64,000 bases of DNA from Gemmatimonadaceae bacterium (GCA_040901985.1 JBBDYC010000017.1:32001-96000), one strand, 5' to 3'; numbered from the stretch's first letter, positions 9,755-20,960 are shown. The notes: generated by a model not told the origin, from the letters alone. Numbers and translations are program-made.

Positions 9755-12499
9755 ATGACCCGCCTCCTTGCCTGCCTCCTCCTGCTCATTGTCCCGGCGC
9801 TGCCGGCGCAGCGCCCCGCCGTGGAGACTCTCCGCGACGATCGCGACTTCAGTTTCTACGCCAAGGGACCATACCGCGCCGCCGTGCCGCGACCCGAGGC
9901 GATCCTCGGCTACGACGTCGGCCGCTGGCACACGCAGTACGACCGCCAGGAACGGGTACTGCTCGCGATCGCCGAGGCGGCCAACGACCGGGTGCGGGTC
10001 GAGGAGATCGGCGTCAGCAGCGAGCGCCGGACGATGCGGATCTTCATCGTCAGCAGCGCCGAGAACATCGCGCGACTCGACGCCATCCGCGCCGACCTCG
10101 ACCGGATCGCCGACCCGCGCGGCGCGAGCCAGGCCCAGCTCGACGCGGTGATCGCCCGCACGCCGGCGGTGGTCTGGTTCTCCGGCTCCGTCCACGGCGA
10201 CGAGGTCCCGGGGTTCGAGGCCTCGATGCAGCTGCTCTATCATTTCGCCGCCAGCGAGGACCCGGCGACACTCGAGCGCCTCCGCGACGCAATCGTCATC
10301 ATCAACCCGAGTTCGAACCCGGACGGCCACGAGCGCTTCTCAGTCTGGAGCAACAGCATCGCCGTCGGCAGTCCCGAGCGTCTCGCGCTGGAGCAGCAGC
10401 GAGGCCAGCCCTGGTCAATCGCCGGCCGGTTCAATCACTATCGGTTCGACATGAACCGCGACCTGATGGCGATGACGCAGCGCGAGGTGCAGGCTATCGT
10501 CGGCGGGATGTTGCGCTGGCACCCGATGATCACCGCCGACCTGCACGGGTACACGTCCACGTACTACATGGCACCGGCCGCGCGGCCGGTGAACGTCAAC
10601 ATCTCCGGCTGGCCGTACAAGTGGAGTGAGGCAATCGGCCGCGGCAACGCGGCGGCGTTCGACGCCTTCGGCTGGCTCTACTTCGTGCGCGACGCGTTCG
10701 ACCTCTACTATCCCGGCTACTACGACTCGTGGCCGGCGCTGACCGGCGCGATGGGCACGACCTACGAGACCGACGGCGGGCCGGCGCTGCTCAAGCGCCG
10801 CGACGACGGCACGCTGCTCTCGCTCCGCGACGGCATCGCCAAGCACTACGTCGCATCAATCGCCAGCTTCGAGACCGCCGCCTCGCGGGCGCGGGAGCTC
10901 GTCCGTGATTACGCCGCGTTCCGTCAGCGTGCGGTCACCGACGGCCGCAACGGGACGATGAAGCGCGTCGTCTTTGTGCCCGGTTCCGATCCGGCCCGGG
11001 CGGCTGAGCTGGCGGCGGCGCTGCTGCGGGCCGGCGTCGAGGTCACCCGCACCACCGGCACCTTCACCAGCGCCCGGGCGCACAGCTACACCGACGACGG
11101 GCCGCGCAGCCGCAGCTTCCCCGCCGGCGCCTACGTGGTGGACCTCGCCCAGCCGCAGGGCAAGGTGGCCAAGGCCGTCCTCGAGGCCGACCCCGAGCTT
11201 GACCCCGTCTTCGCCAGGGAGCAGGTGGCGAAGTTCGAGCGCAACCAGACGCGTTCGCGCAACGCCAACGACACCGAGGGCTACGAGTTCTACGACGTCT
11301 CCGCGTGGGCGCTTCCGGTGGCCTTCGGCGTCGAGGCCTACTGGACCGAGGACGCGTCAGCCGTGAGCGGCGCGCCCCTCTCGCTCGCCGGCGGTCCCGC
11401 ACAGAACGGCGAGGTGCTCCCGCACGCCATCGCCGGCGGGATCGTCGAGGGCGCTGACGCGCGCTCGGCGTTTCTCTGGCGCAACGATCGCAACGGCGCC
11501 GCCAAGGTCGCCACCCAGCTGCTCCAGGACGGCTACCGCGTCGCGGTCGCCGCCGAGCCGATCCAGACGGCCGGCACCACCTGGCCGCGCGGCACCTGGG
11601 TCGCCCGCATTTCGCGCAACGACGCCACGCTGGCGGCCAAGCTCGACTCGCTGGCACGGGCGGCCGGCGTCGAGGTTCGGGGCGTCAACACCGCCTTCCC
11701 GGACGATGCCCAGTATGGCACCGGATCGGGCGTCGTCGTCGCACTCAAGGAGCCGCGGATCGCACTCGTCGGCGAGACCGGAATCTCGCAGACGAGCTAT
11801 GGCGCGCTGTGGTGGAGTCTCGAGCAGCGCTACGGCGTCCGCTTCACGCCGATCGCCGCGTCGGCGCTCGGCGGCGATCTTTCGGCGTTCAACGTGATCA
11901 TCGTGCCAAGCGGCGGCCTCGGCTCACTCGGCACTGGCGCCAATCTCAAGCGGTGGGTCGAGGGCGGCGGCGCGCTCGTGACCTTCGGCGGCGCCACGCA
12001 GTGGGCCACCCGCGAGGATGTGGGGCTGACCTCGGTGCGGCGGATCCAGTGCGAGGAGAAGAAGGACCTCAAGCCGGCGCCGGCCGACACGGCGCCGCTC
12101 GACTCGACACGCGCCGTCGCCAGCCCGAACGCCTGCGCGGACCGGATCGCCGACGTCCCGGGAAGCCACTTCGACGTCGTCCTCGACCTCACCAATTGGG
12201 TGACCTTCGGAATGGAGCGCCAACGGATGCCGGTGCTCGTCGGCGGAAGCAGCTTCTACACGATCTCCAAGGACGGCGGGAACGTCGCGGTCTTCCCGAC
12301 CACCGGCACGCTGCGGCGCGGCGGCTGGGTCTTCCCGAACAACACCGAGCGCCTGTTGAAGGGCAGCGTCTTCGTCGCCCAGGAGCGCGTCGGCCGAGGA
12401 AACGTCGTGATGTTCACCAATGACCCGATGTTCCGGGGCTGGTGGCGCGCCCTCGACCGGATGGTCCTCAACGCGGTGCTGCTCGGCACGTCGTTTTGA
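9755..12499 (+). CDS. Secreted M14 zinc carboxypeptidase family protein
   Basis: Signal peptide from ATG 9755; VHGDE, NPDG, DMNRD, DLH motifs. Confidence 0.88.
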   Translation: MTRLLACLLLLIVPALPAQRPAVETLRDDRDFSFYAKGPYRAAVPRPEAILGYDVGRWHTQYDRQERVLLAIAEAANDRVRVEEIGVSSERRTMRIFIVSSAENIARLDAIRADLDRIADPRGASQAQLDAVIARTPAVVWFSGSVHGDEVPGFEASMQLLYHFAASEDPATLERLRDAIVIINPSSNPDGHERFSVWSNSIAVGSPERLALEQQRGQPWSIAGRFNHYRFDMNRDLMAMTQREVQAIVGGMLRWHPMITADLHGYTSTYYMAPAARPVNVNISGWPYKWSEAIGRGNAAAFDAFGWLYFVRDAFDLYYPGYYDSWPALTGAMGTTYETDGGPALLKRRDDGTLLSLRDGIAKHYVASIASFETAASRARELVRDYAAFRQRAVTDGRNGTMKRVVFVPGSDPARAAELAAALLRAGVEVTRTTGTFTSARAHSYTDDGPRSRSFPAGAYVVDLAQPQGKVAKAVLEADPELDPVFAREQVAKFERNQTRSRNANDTEGYEFYDVSAWALPVAFGVEAYWTEDASAVSGAPLSLAGGPAQNGEVLPHAIAGGIVEGADARSAFLWRNDRNGAAKVATQLLQDGYRVAVAAEPIQTAGTTWPRGTWVARISRNDATLAAKLDSLARAAGVEVRGVNTAFPDDAQYGTGSGVVVALKEPRIALVGETGISQTSYGALWWSLEQRYGVRFTPIAASALGGDLSAFNVIIVPSGGLGSLGTGANLKRWVEGGGALVTFGGATQWATREDVGLTSVRRIQCEEKKDLKPAPADTAPLDSTRAVASPNACADRIADVPGSHFDVVLDLTNWVTFGMERQRMPVLVGGSSFYTISKDGGNVAVFPTTGTLRRGGWVFPNNTERLLKGSVFVAQERVGRGNVVMFTNDPMFRGWWRALDRMVLNAVLLGTSF

Positions 12500-12509
12500 G
12501 TGACCCGGT

Positions 12510-13469
12510 CTAGATTGACACCACCCGACCGCGGGTGACTACCGGCGCGCGCGGCGCGGCCGGGGGCCGCGGCGCCACCATCGGCCGCGCCGGCATCGGC
12601 GGCTCCGCCATCCGCAGCCGGAACTCCTCCAGCGGCTGCAGGAACCCGCTCCAGTCGCTCCCCGGCAGGTCGCTCGCCTTGACCGCCGTGACGCGGACCG
12701 TGCGCGTGCGGCCCGCCGAGACGACCGTCAGTTCGGCGGTGTCGCCCGCCTTCAGCTTGGCAATCTCGCGGCGCAGCCGGTTGGCCTTCGCCCCGCCGAC
12801 GGCGGGGTCGGTCGCGTCCTCGCGAGCCACGCGAACGCTCACGCCGTTGATTGCCGCGATCCGGTCGCCTTCGACGATTCCCGCCTTCTCGGCCGGACCG
12901 TCCGTCGTCACCGACGACACGAAGACGCCCAGCGTGTCGCGGGCGCTCCCGCTCGAGCCGATCGTGAGCCCGATGACTGCCCGGTCGGCGTCCATCGTGG
13001 ACCACGAATAGCCCGACACGCGTCCCATCAACTCGGACGCCTTCACCGGCGTGACGCGCACGGCCCGCGACTGCGTGCCGGAGAGCACCCGAAGCTCGAT
13101 CGTCCCGCCCTCGGTGGTCTTCTGGACCTCGCGCGTCAGGCGCCGATTGAGCACGCCGTCGTAGTCGTTCTCCCCGGCGTCGGTGCGATCGGCGCGGAGA
13201 CTGACGCCGTTCACCGATTGGAGCCGGTCACCGGCCTTGAGTCCGGCCTTGGCGGCGGGCGAGTCCTCGCGAACGTCCTCGATCAGGAGGCCGAGGGTAT
13301 CGGCGCGCTCGCTTGCCGTCGCCGTAGTGACGCCGATCATCGGACGGTCGGCCGCGAGTTCGACCAACGCGCGCCGCTGGGGCGAGGTGAAGATCCGCAC
13401 GTCCTGGGCTGAGGAGGCGAGCGGAAGGGCCACGGACGCGGCCGCGGCGAGGAGCAGGAGTCTGGTCAT
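12510..13469 (-). CDS. Secreted tandem PDZ-domain protein
   Basis: Signal peptide; two SPA/GPA-x-KAG-x3-GDR PDZ repeats; no protease domain. Confidence 0.85.
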   Translation of the reverse strand: MTRLLLLAAAASVALPLASSAQDVRIFTSPQRRALVELAADRPMIGVTTATASERADTLGLLIEDVREDSPAAKAGLKAGDRLQSVNGVSLRADRTDAGENDYDGVLNRRLTREVQKTTEGGTIELRVLSGTQSRAVRVTPVKASELMGRVSGYSWSTMDADRAVIGLTIGSSGSARDTLGVFVSSVTTDGPAEKAGIVEGDRIAAINGVSVRVAREDATDPAVGGAKANRLRREIAKLKAGDTAELTVVSAGRTRTVRVTAVKASDLPGSDWSGFLQPLEEFRLRMAEPPMPARPMVAPRPPAAPRAPVVTRGRVVSI

Positions 13470-13643
13470 GGGTCGGTTCCTTGTGGTTGCAGAGGTCCGC
13501 CCATTCCGTCACGCCGGGCCCGCCAAAGGTTTCCGTCGAGCGGGCCGGCCCCACTGGTACTTCCAGTTCGTAGACCGTCGGTGACTCCGCGACGGATGCC
13601 TGACGCAATCTCCAGCGAATCCTGAGTCCCATCGCGGCCCTCG

Positions 13644-16418
13644 CTACGGGTTGCCCAATTCACGCAGTCGCCGCAGCGCCTCACCGAGCCGCTGCATTTC
13701 CGTCCCGTAGGTCGCCCAGTCGTCGGCGCGCTGGGCGGCGCGCGCCCGATCGTAATGCTGGACGGCCGTGCGCACCAGTGCGGCGCGCGCCGCGTCGGCG
13801 GACGGCGTCAGCGGCGTGCTGGGCGCGCCCCGCTCAACGACGGTCGTCGGCCGGACGCTTCGCCCGGGCGTCCGCCCCGCGTCCCCGAAGAGCACGCGCA
13901 GCCCTGCGTCGAGCGTCTCCTCCATCACCACCCGTCCCTCGTGCGCGACGATCACCCGCTTGAGCTCGGGGATCTTTCCGCCCTGCGCCCGCAGGTACAG
14001 CGGCTGCACGTAGAGCAGTGATGCCTCGATCGGAATCACCAGCAGCTCGCCGCGGATCACTTCCGAGCCACCTTGGTCCCAGAGGGAGATCTGGCGCGAC
14101 ACCTCGGTGTCTTGGCCGATCCGGTTGGTGATCTGCGTGGGCCCGAAGACGAGACTTTGCCGCGGGAACCGGTAGGCGATGAGCTTGCCGTAGTGGTCGC
14201 CGTCATTCCGGGCCACCATCCACGCGGCGAGATTGTCCTTCTGCCGCGGCGTGAACGGCCGCATCAGCAGGTACTCGGCGTCCGCCTCGCCGGGAAGCCG
14301 CATCACGATGTGCCGGGTGTAGCCGGCCCGTACCTCCGTCTGCCGCGCCGCCGGAATCTGCCACTGGTCCTCGCGGTGGTAGAAGGTCTCGGGATCGGTC
14401 ATATGGAATGTCGCATAGAGCGCCGTCTGCGCCCGGAAGAGATCCTCCGGGTAGCGGATGTGGCGCCGCAGGTCGGAGGCGAGCTCGTCGAGCGGCCGCA
14501 GCAGCCCAGGGTAGATCCGGGCCAGCGTGCGGATCATCGGGTCGGCCGGGTCGGCGAGATACGCCCGCACCTCGCCGTGGTAGGCGTCCACCACGACCTT
14601 CACGCTGTTGCGGAGATAGTTGACCCCGTCGCTCATCCGCGCCGAGTACGGATAGCGGCTCGTGGCGGTATAGGCGTCGAGGATCCACTTCAGGTGCCCG
14701 CTGTCGCTGACGACCAGGTACGGATCGGCGTCGAAGGTCAGGAACGGCAGCGCGAGCTCGGCGCGTTGGCGGACGTTCTGGTTGAACAGGATGCGCGTCT
14801 CGTCGGTGAGGTCACGCGAGAGCAGGATGTTGATCGAGCCGAAGCGCATCGCGAAGAGAAGGCGCCGGACGACCGAATTGATCGGCACGCCGGCGGTGCC
14901 TGCGTAGGTCGAGTACACCGCCTCGTCGCCCTCGGCGGAAGGGTAGTCGAACTCCCGCTGCCGCGACGGCGCGAGGACGAAGCTCGTCGGCAGCTCGCCG
15001 AAGTAGATTTGGGGACGCGTGACCTTGAGCGCGAGGCTCGAACTGGGCGGCAGGTCCTTGATCCAGAGGACCGGGAGTCCCTCGGCGGTGACCTCGTTCG
15101 ACGGCCCGAGCGTGAGCCCCATCCCGTGCGTGAAGGTGAGGTGCTCATTGACGAACGTGCGGGTCGGGAGCGCGGCCGGATCGAGCTCACGCGCCGAGAG
15201 CAGGACGTGCCGGAGCTCGCCGTTGATCAGGTAGCGGTCGTCGTCCACGCCGACGAAATCGTAGTACGTCCGGATGGACTGGATCTGCCCGAAGGTCTGG
15301 AGCAGCGGCTCGCGGTCCCAGAGGCGCACGTTGTCAATCGTCGCCCGGTTATTCTCGAGGTCGCGCGCCGTCAGTTCCTGGTCGGCATCGAGTTCGCGCC
15401 GCTCGACCGCGTCGAGGCCCCAGGCGGTGCGCGTCGCCGCGATATGGTGCGCGATCTGTGCGGACTCGCGGGCGAGCTCGTTCGGCTGCACGACGAGCCG
15501 CTGCACCGCCGCCGGGACAATCCCGGTGACCAGGGCCGTCAGGGCCACGTTGGCGATCACGACGACCAGGAGCGCCCGCACGAGGTTTCTCCGTCGGGCG
15601 CTCCAGATGAGGTAGCCGGCGCCGATGAGCAGCAGCACGGCGAGAACTCGCATTCCGGGGATCTGGAGATACAGATCGGTGTAGCTCGCGCCCTGCAGCG
15701 GCCCGTGCACGCCGAAGAGGAGCGACGGGATGCCGACGAACAGCACCCGGAGCGCGGAGATGGCAAGCCAGAGCGCGGCGAGGATTGCCAGATGCCACTC
15801 GGCCGGCTGTTCGATCACCAGGCGATTGACGCGCCACGTCACATCGCCGCGCGCGAAGTAAATGGGCGCCGCGACGGCAATCAGCGCGAGAAAGACGATC
15901 CCCCAAGCAAAGTCGAGGCCCGCCTGCACCGTGGGCAGGGTGAAGACGTAGTACGCGATGTCGCGCCCGAAGACCGGATCGGTGGTGCCGAACGGCGTGC
16001 GGTAGTAAAACTGAATCAGCGTCCGCCAGTGGCTGCTCGCCCCCATCGCGAGCAGCGCCGAGAGCACCAGCGTCGCCGGGAACGCGGCGAGCTGGGCAAT
16101 CTTGGTGAGCAGGCGCTCGCGCGTCCGAATCCCGCCTTCGGCGAGCACCACGACGCTCTCCCGCGACCGCTCGATGCCGCGGAGAGCGAAGCGCGCGTTG
16201 CCATAGAGGACCGCGAACCCGCCGACGCCGGCAAGGAGGCCCAGCGCCCACTGCGCGATCAGCTGCAGCAGGAAGACGCGCTCGAAGCCGATCTCGCGGT
16301 ACCAGAGCCAGTCGGTGATGCGCGAGGCGAGCGCCGGCAGCGCCAGCAGGAGGAGCAGGGCGGCCACGACGCCGACGACGAGGCGGCGCTGCTGCATTAC
16401 GGAGCGGTTGATGGTCAT
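13644..16418 (-). CDS. UPF0182 family membrane protein
   Basis: DPVFGRDIAYYVF, NVRLWD, NYLRNSVK, PELKRVIV. Confidence 0.93.
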   Translation of the reverse strand: MTINRSVMQQRRLVVGVVAALLLLLALPALASRITDWLWYREIGFERVFLLQLIAQWALGLLAGVGGFAVLYGNARFALRGIERSRESVVVLAEGGIRTRERLLTKIAQLAAFPATLVLSALLAMGASSHWRTLIQFYYRTPFGTTDPVFGRDIAYYVFTLPTVQAGLDFAWGIVFLALIAVAAPIYFARGDVTWRVNRLVIEQPAEWHLAILAALWLAISALRVLFVGIPSLLFGVHGPLQGASYTDLYLQIPGMRVLAVLLLIGAGYLIWSARRRNLVRALLVVVIANVALTALVTGIVPAAVQRLVVQPNELARESAQIAHHIAATRTAWGLDAVERRELDADQELTARDLENNRATIDNVRLWDREPLLQTFGQIQSIRTYYDFVGVDDDRYLINGELRHVLLSARELDPAALPTRTFVNEHLTFTHGMGLTLGPSNEVTAEGLPVLWIKDLPPSSSLALKVTRPQIYFGELPTSFVLAPSRQREFDYPSAEGDEAVYSTYAGTAGVPINSVVRRLLFAMRFGSINILLSRDLTDETRILFNQNVRQRAELALPFLTFDADPYLVVSDSGHLKWILDAYTATSRYPYSARMSDGVNYLRNSVKVVVDAYHGEVRAYLADPADPMIRTLARIYPGLLRPLDELASDLRRHIRYPEDLFRAQTALYATFHMTDPETFYHREDQWQIPAARQTEVRAGYTRHIVMRLPGEADAEYLLMRPFTPRQKDNLAAWMVARNDGDHYGKLIAYRFPRQSLVFGPTQITNRIGQDTEVSRQISLWDQGGSEVIRGELLVIPIEASLLYVQPLYLRAQGGKIPELKRVIVAHEGRVVMEETLDAGLRVLFGDAGRTPGRSVRPTTVVERGAPSTPLTPSADAARAALVRTAVQHYDRARAAQRADDWATYGTEMQRLGEALRRLRELGNP

Positions 16419-16921
16419 CCCGAAGAATGGCCCGGTGGCGCGTTTCGCGCGAGTCGCTTGAGCATCGCCACCTGCCCGGTGTGGTAGATATCGTGCTCGC
16501 CGAGCGAACGGATCATCCCCCGGATGCTGATGCCCGGCGCCGACTCACCGGGCCGCGGCTTCACGCGCGCACTCAGCTCCTCGTCGCTCAGCCCGCGCAC
16601 CAGCGCCGCGAGCTCGGCGTGGGCCGCGTCGAGACTCTGCAGGCACTCCCGCCAGGCCGCGGCCGTCGGCGGGGGCGGCGGCGGCCAGTCGCCATCCTCG
16701 GGCAGCGCCGACACGCCACCCCGGGCGCGTCGCGTCACCTCGCGCGTCCAGCTGCGCATATGGAGCACGATCGCCCAGATGCTGTGCGCGTCGGGCGCCG
16801 GGCGAAATGCCGCCTCGGCGGCGGTCACTCCCTTCAGCACCGCGGCTCGCGACGGGCCGTGCCAGGGATCGCCGTCGTGTACGCGATCGAGCGCGGCGGC
16901 GCTTCGCTCGGCCTCGCTCAT
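16415..16921 (-). CDS. DinB family protein
   Basis: GDPWHGPS, HSIWAIVLH, HDIYHTGQ; ATG at 16921. Confidence 0.88.
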   Translation of the reverse strand: MSEAERSAAALDRVHDGDPWHGPSRAAVLKGVTAAEAAFRPAPDAHSIWAIVLHMRSWTREVTRRARGGVSALPEDGDWPPPPPPTAAAWRECLQSLDAAHAELAALVRGLSDEELSARVKPRPGESAPGISIRGMIRSLGEHDIYHTGQVAMLKRLARNAPPGHSSG

Positions 16922-17025
16922 TGCGGCACGACCACGACACGACCGCTCATCTGCACGTTCCTCCGGGTCCGGGCAAGGGTTCCCAGCGAACGTATCGCCC
17001 GACGCGGCGCGGCGGAAGTTCGCGC

Positions 17026-19446
17026 CTAGTCGGCGCGCATCGCGTCCGCCGGATCCACGCGCGTCGCCCGCCGCGCCGGGATGAAGCAGGCAATCATCCC
17101 GGTGATCGCGAGCACCGCCGCCACGCCGCCGAACACCGCCGGATCGAGCGGCTGGACGTCGAACAGGATCATCGTGAGCAGCCGCGAGATCCCCGCCGCG
17201 AGCAGCAGGCCGATGCCCAGCCCCAGCCCGAGCTGCCACGCGCCGTTATTGAAGATCAACCGCACCACGCGCCGCGGCGTTGCCCCGAGCGCCATCCGGA
17301 TCCCCACCTCGCGCGTCCGCCGGCTCACCGCGAAGGACATCACCGCGTACAGCCCGATGCTTGCGAGGAAGAGCGCGACGAGGCCGAAGATCATGAACAT
17401 CGTCCCGAAGACGCGGACGAACCAAAGCGGCTCGGCAATCGCTTCGTCGAGCGTCATCGACCAGTAGATCGGGAGGTCGGGATTGAGGGACGCGACGGCA
17501 TCCCGCACCGGCTGCGCCAGCGAGAGTGGCGGTCCCGGAGTGCGCGCGACGATGTACGCGAACGGTGTCCGGGCCTGGGCGAACGGGCGGAAGACGACGG
17601 CCGGGCGGGGGTCCTCGGGATCGCCGGCGAACACGTCCGGCACCACGCCGACGATCGTCAGCCAGGGCTGCGGGTTCTCGAGGCTGCCCAGCCGGACGCG
17701 CCGCCCGAGCGCGTCGCCGCCACTGAGGTGCTGGCGGACGAATCGCTCGTTGACGATGGCGACCGGGAGCGCACCGGCGCGGTCGCCGTCGGTGAAGAGG
17801 CGTCCCTGCCGCAACGGGATATCGAGCGCGGCAAAGAACCCCGGCGTGACGGAGGCGCCGCGCGTGTTCGGGAGGTCCTGCGTCCGTTCGTAGGTCGCGC
17901 CGTCGAGCGCAACCCGATTGCCGTTGAAGCCCTGCTGCGCGCCCGGGAGCCCGGACGCGACCGCCGCCGCGCGCACACCCGGGATCTCCCCCACGCGTTC
18001 GGCAAGCTGCGTAAAGAACTGCAGTTGGGCCACGGTGTCCGTATAGACGACCGGGAATCCCACTCGCGCCGTGAAGACGTCGGCGGAGGTGAATCCGGTG
18101 TCACGCGTCTGCGCCTTCGTTACGCTCTTGATCATCAGGCCGGCGGCGACGAGCAGCCCGCAGGAGAGCGCGATCTCGAACACCACCAGCACCTTGCTCA
18201 GCTTGCCGATCCGGAGACTCGACGCGCCGCGCGACTCGTCCTTCAGCACCTCGGCGATGTCCGACCGTGACGACTGGATGGCCGGGATCAGGCCGGCGAG
18301 GAGGGTGGCGAGGAGCGACACCCCGATCGCGAAGAGCAGGACCGGCGGGAAGAGCCGGATGTCAATGAACGACGGTGGGTCGGTGCTCACGATCGCCCGA
18401 TTGAACGCGTCAATCCCGACCTTGGCGAGCACGATGCCGAGCACCGCGCCGCCGACCGCGAGCAGGAGCGCCTCGGCGAGGAACATTCGCACCACCTGGC
18501 CACGCGAGGCGCCGAGCGCGGTGCGCACGCCAACTTCCTTGGAGCGGTGCGCCGCGCGGTCGAGAAGCAGGTTCGCCACGTTCGAGCAGGCGATCAGCAG
18601 CACGAAGAAGACCGCGCCCAGCATCGTCCAGAGCAGCTGCCGCGGCTCGTCGCCGATGAAGGCGTCAACGAACCCGGTCGAGTACGCCGTGTAGTCCTTG
18701 TTGGTCTCGGGGTGGTCCGCCGCCAGACGCGCGGCAATCGTCGCCATCTCGACGTTGGCATCGTCAATCGTCAGCCCCGCGCGCAACTTGCCGACGGTCT
18801 GCACGAACTGCCCGTCGCCCCGGCGGCCGACGAGTGGGTCGGTCTGCAGCGGCAACCAGAGCTGGCCGCCGTCGGGGAAGTCGAAATCCGGCGGCATCAC
18901 CCCGACGATCTCGTACGGCGCGCCGTTCACGCGCATCGAGGTGCCGAGCACCGACGCGGCGCCACCGAATCGCTCCTGCCACATCGCGTGCCCGAGAATG
19001 GCGACCTTGGCGCCGCCCGGTGCTGACTCGCCCTCGAGGAAATCCCGCCCGAGCAGCGGCCGGACCCCGGTCATTCCGAACACCCCGGCGGTGATCCACG
19101 TGCCGGCATACCGCTCCGCCCGCTCGGTGCCGGAGACGTTCATCGTGCCGCTGGTGTATGCGCCGAAAATCTCGAACGACCGCTGCTGGGCGCGATAGTC
19201 CGCAAAATCCTGGATCGGCAACGACTGTCGTTCGACGTTCTGGGCCGGATTCGACCGCCAGACGATCAGGATCTTGTCGCCGTCCGGATACGGCAGTCCA
19301 CGGAGCATCGCACCGTAGATGATGCTGAACATCATCGTCGTCAGCCCGATGCCGAACATCAGGGCGATCACGGACACGATGGTGAGGCCCGGGCTCTTGA
19401 TGAGCGTGCGGAGCCCGAGGCGGATGTCGCGAAACAGATGGTCCAT
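17026..19446 (-). CDS. Duplicated MacB-type ABC permease (ADOP-like, about 806 aa)
   Basis: LLIACSNVANLL, RTALGASR, RRTREVGIRMALGA, RRATRVDP. Confidence 0.92.
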   Translation of the reverse strand: MDHLFRDIRLGLRTLIKSPGLTIVSVIALMFGIGLTTMMFSIIYGAMLRGLPYPDGDKILIVWRSNPAQNVERQSLPIQDFADYRAQQRSFEIFGAYTSGTMNVSGTERAERYAGTWITAGVFGMTGVRPLLGRDFLEGESAPGGAKVAILGHAMWQERFGGAASVLGTSMRVNGAPYEIVGVMPPDFDFPDGGQLWLPLQTDPLVGRRGDGQFVQTVGKLRAGLTIDDANVEMATIAARLAADHPETNKDYTAYSTGFVDAFIGDEPRQLLWTMLGAVFFVLLIACSNVANLLLDRAAHRSKEVGVRTALGASRGQVVRMFLAEALLLAVGGAVLGIVLAKVGIDAFNRAIVSTDPPSFIDIRLFPPVLLFAIGVSLLATLLAGLIPAIQSSRSDIAEVLKDESRGASSLRIGKLSKVLVVFEIALSCGLLVAAGLMIKSVTKAQTRDTGFTSADVFTARVGFPVVYTDTVAQLQFFTQLAERVGEIPGVRAAAVASGLPGAQQGFNGNRVALDGATYERTQDLPNTRGASVTPGFFAALDIPLRQGRLFTDGDRAGALPVAIVNERFVRQHLSGGDALGRRVRLGSLENPQPWLTIVGVVPDVFAGDPEDPRPAVVFRPFAQARTPFAYIVARTPGPPLSLAQPVRDAVASLNPDLPIYWSMTLDEAIAEPLWFVRVFGTMFMIFGLVALFLASIGLYAVMSFAVSRRTREVGIRMALGATPRRVVRLIFNNGAWQLGLGLGIGLLLAAGISRLLTMILFDVQPLDPAVFGGVAAVLAITGMIACFIPARRATRVDPADAMRAD

Positions 19447-19499
19447 TGGTCCGGGGTGCCGAGGTCTACCCGGCTTACGGCGCGCCCCCGGCGCGGGTT

Positions 19500-20162
19500 T
19501 CAGCCCTCGCCCTCCCGCGGGCGTCCGGCGCGCAGCTGGGCGAGCGACCGTGTCAGGTTGCGGCGCGCCGCCGTCTCGTACCGGTCGTGGAAGTATGGCG
19601 TGCCGAAGATGCTGGGGCGTCGCAGCAGCGCCTCGAGAATCGTCGCCCGTCGTTCGCGGAAGGGTTGGTCCGGCACCCACGCATATTCGGCGCGGATCTG
19701 CCGCTCGTACTCGTCGAATCGCTCGTCACTCGCCCCGAGGATCGCGAGGTCCACGTCGCAGAGGAGGCGCGCATCGGGGTCACTCGGCGCCTCGTCGTGC
19801 CGCGTCGCCATCACCAGCGCGCTCACGCGCTCCACCACCTCGCGCGCGAGCCCCGCGTCGGCGGCGACTTGGGCGGCCCAGGCGGCACTCCGCTGCTCGT
19901 TGTCGCCGTGCGCCGGATCGTAAATCGCGTCGTGGAACCAAAGCGCGAGTTCCACCTCGTCAGGGCGCACCGCGAAGCGGCGCACGCCGTCCAGATGCGC
20001 CAGGCAATCGCGGAGGTGCGCGAGGCCGTGGTACGACCGCTGGTCCGCGGCGTAGTGTGCGACCAGCTCCTGGAACGCCTCGACCGGGACTCGCCTGACG
20101 GAAAGGCGGGACCAGAGTGCGTCCCAGGCGTCGCTGAGGTCGTGGTGCGCGCGCTCGGTCAT
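19500..20162 (-). CDS. Predicted metal-dependent HD-superfamily phosphohydrolase
   Basis: RSYHGLAH, WFHDAIYD, DVDLAILG, QIRAEY. Confidence 0.85.
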   Translation of the reverse strand: MTERAHHDLSDAWDALWSRLSVRRVPVEAFQELVAHYAADQRSYHGLAHLRDCLAHLDGVRRFAVRPDEVELALWFHDAIYDPAHGDNEQRSAAWAAQVAADAGLAREVVERVSALVMATRHDEAPSDPDARLLCDVDLAILGASDERFDEYERQIRAEYAWVPDQPFRERRATILEALLRRPSIFGTPYFHDRYETAARRNLTRSLAQLRAGRPREGEG

Positions 20163-20366
20163 CGGTCCCTGTCGGACAGGGCGACGGCCAGACTCGCGCG
20201 CAGCAACCGCTGGGAATCCCGCATCGATTGAAGCTCCGTCGGGGGGTGTACGCCGCCCTTCCGTCACCGGCCACTGCAACAAGGTTGCACCGCGCGCGTA
20301 GGAATTCCCATAGGTTACGCCCACCCGCGCCCGGCTTGAAATGCGAACGCTCCCGCTCGCCGCCGA

Positions 20367-20960
20367 ATGACGCACCTCACACCGACGATCCAGCGCCCGC
20401 GGTCGTTGGGCGCCGCCATCCGGACGCACGCCACCGTCCTCGGCGCGTCGCTCACGTCGGTGTGGGCGGGCTTCGGCGCCGACCGGATCGTCGGCGGCGC
20501 GCTCCTCCCCTACGGGGTCCAGCCGCGGTCGCTGACCGGGCTGCGCGGCGTCCTCCTGGCGCCGTTCCTGCACGCGAATTTCGCGCACCTGGTCTCGAAC
20601 ACCGTGCCGCTCGTGCTGCTCGGCTGGCTCGTGATGTGGCGCGACGCGCGGCACTTCATCCCGGTCACGCTGCTCGCGATGCTCGGCGCTGGCCTGCTGC
20701 CCTGGCTGATCGGCGCGCCGGGCAGCGTACATATCGGCGCCAGCGGCGTCGTCTTCGGCTACCTCGGGTTCCTGATCCTGGCCGGCTGGTTTGCCCGCAG
20801 CGCGACGGCCATCGCGCTCAGCCTGATCGTCACCGCCGTCTGGGGCGGGCTGGTCCTCGGCGTGCTCCCGGGCCAACCGGGAATCAGCTGGGAGGCACAC
20901 TTCGGCGGATTCATCGGCGGGGCGCTGGCGGCGAAGTGGCTGGCACCGCGACGGAGCTGA
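20367..20960 (+). CDS. Rhomboid intramembrane serine protease
   Basis: FLHANFAHLVSN, HIGASG, SWEAHFGG. Confidence 0.92.
   Translation: MTHLTPTIQRPRSLGAAIRTHATVLGASLTSVWAGFGADRIVGGALLPYGVQPRSLTGLRGVLLAPFLHANFAHLVSNTVPLVLLGWLVMWRDARHFIPVTLLAMLGAGLLPWLIGAPGSVHIGASGVVFGYLGFLILAGWFARSATAIALSLIVTAVWGGLVLGVLPGQPGISWEAHFGGFIGGALAAKWLAPRRS

Noticed and set aside
14073..16487. Long antisense ORFs (804 aa here; also 4635-6863, 23722-25557, 28487-30367, 52545-54602)
   Set aside because: Shadow ORFs opposite well-supported genes, expected at this GC content
20275..20289. TGCAAC-AAG-GTTGCA palindrome between divergent genes as an operator
   Set aside because: A single short instance with no regulator nearby; not supportable
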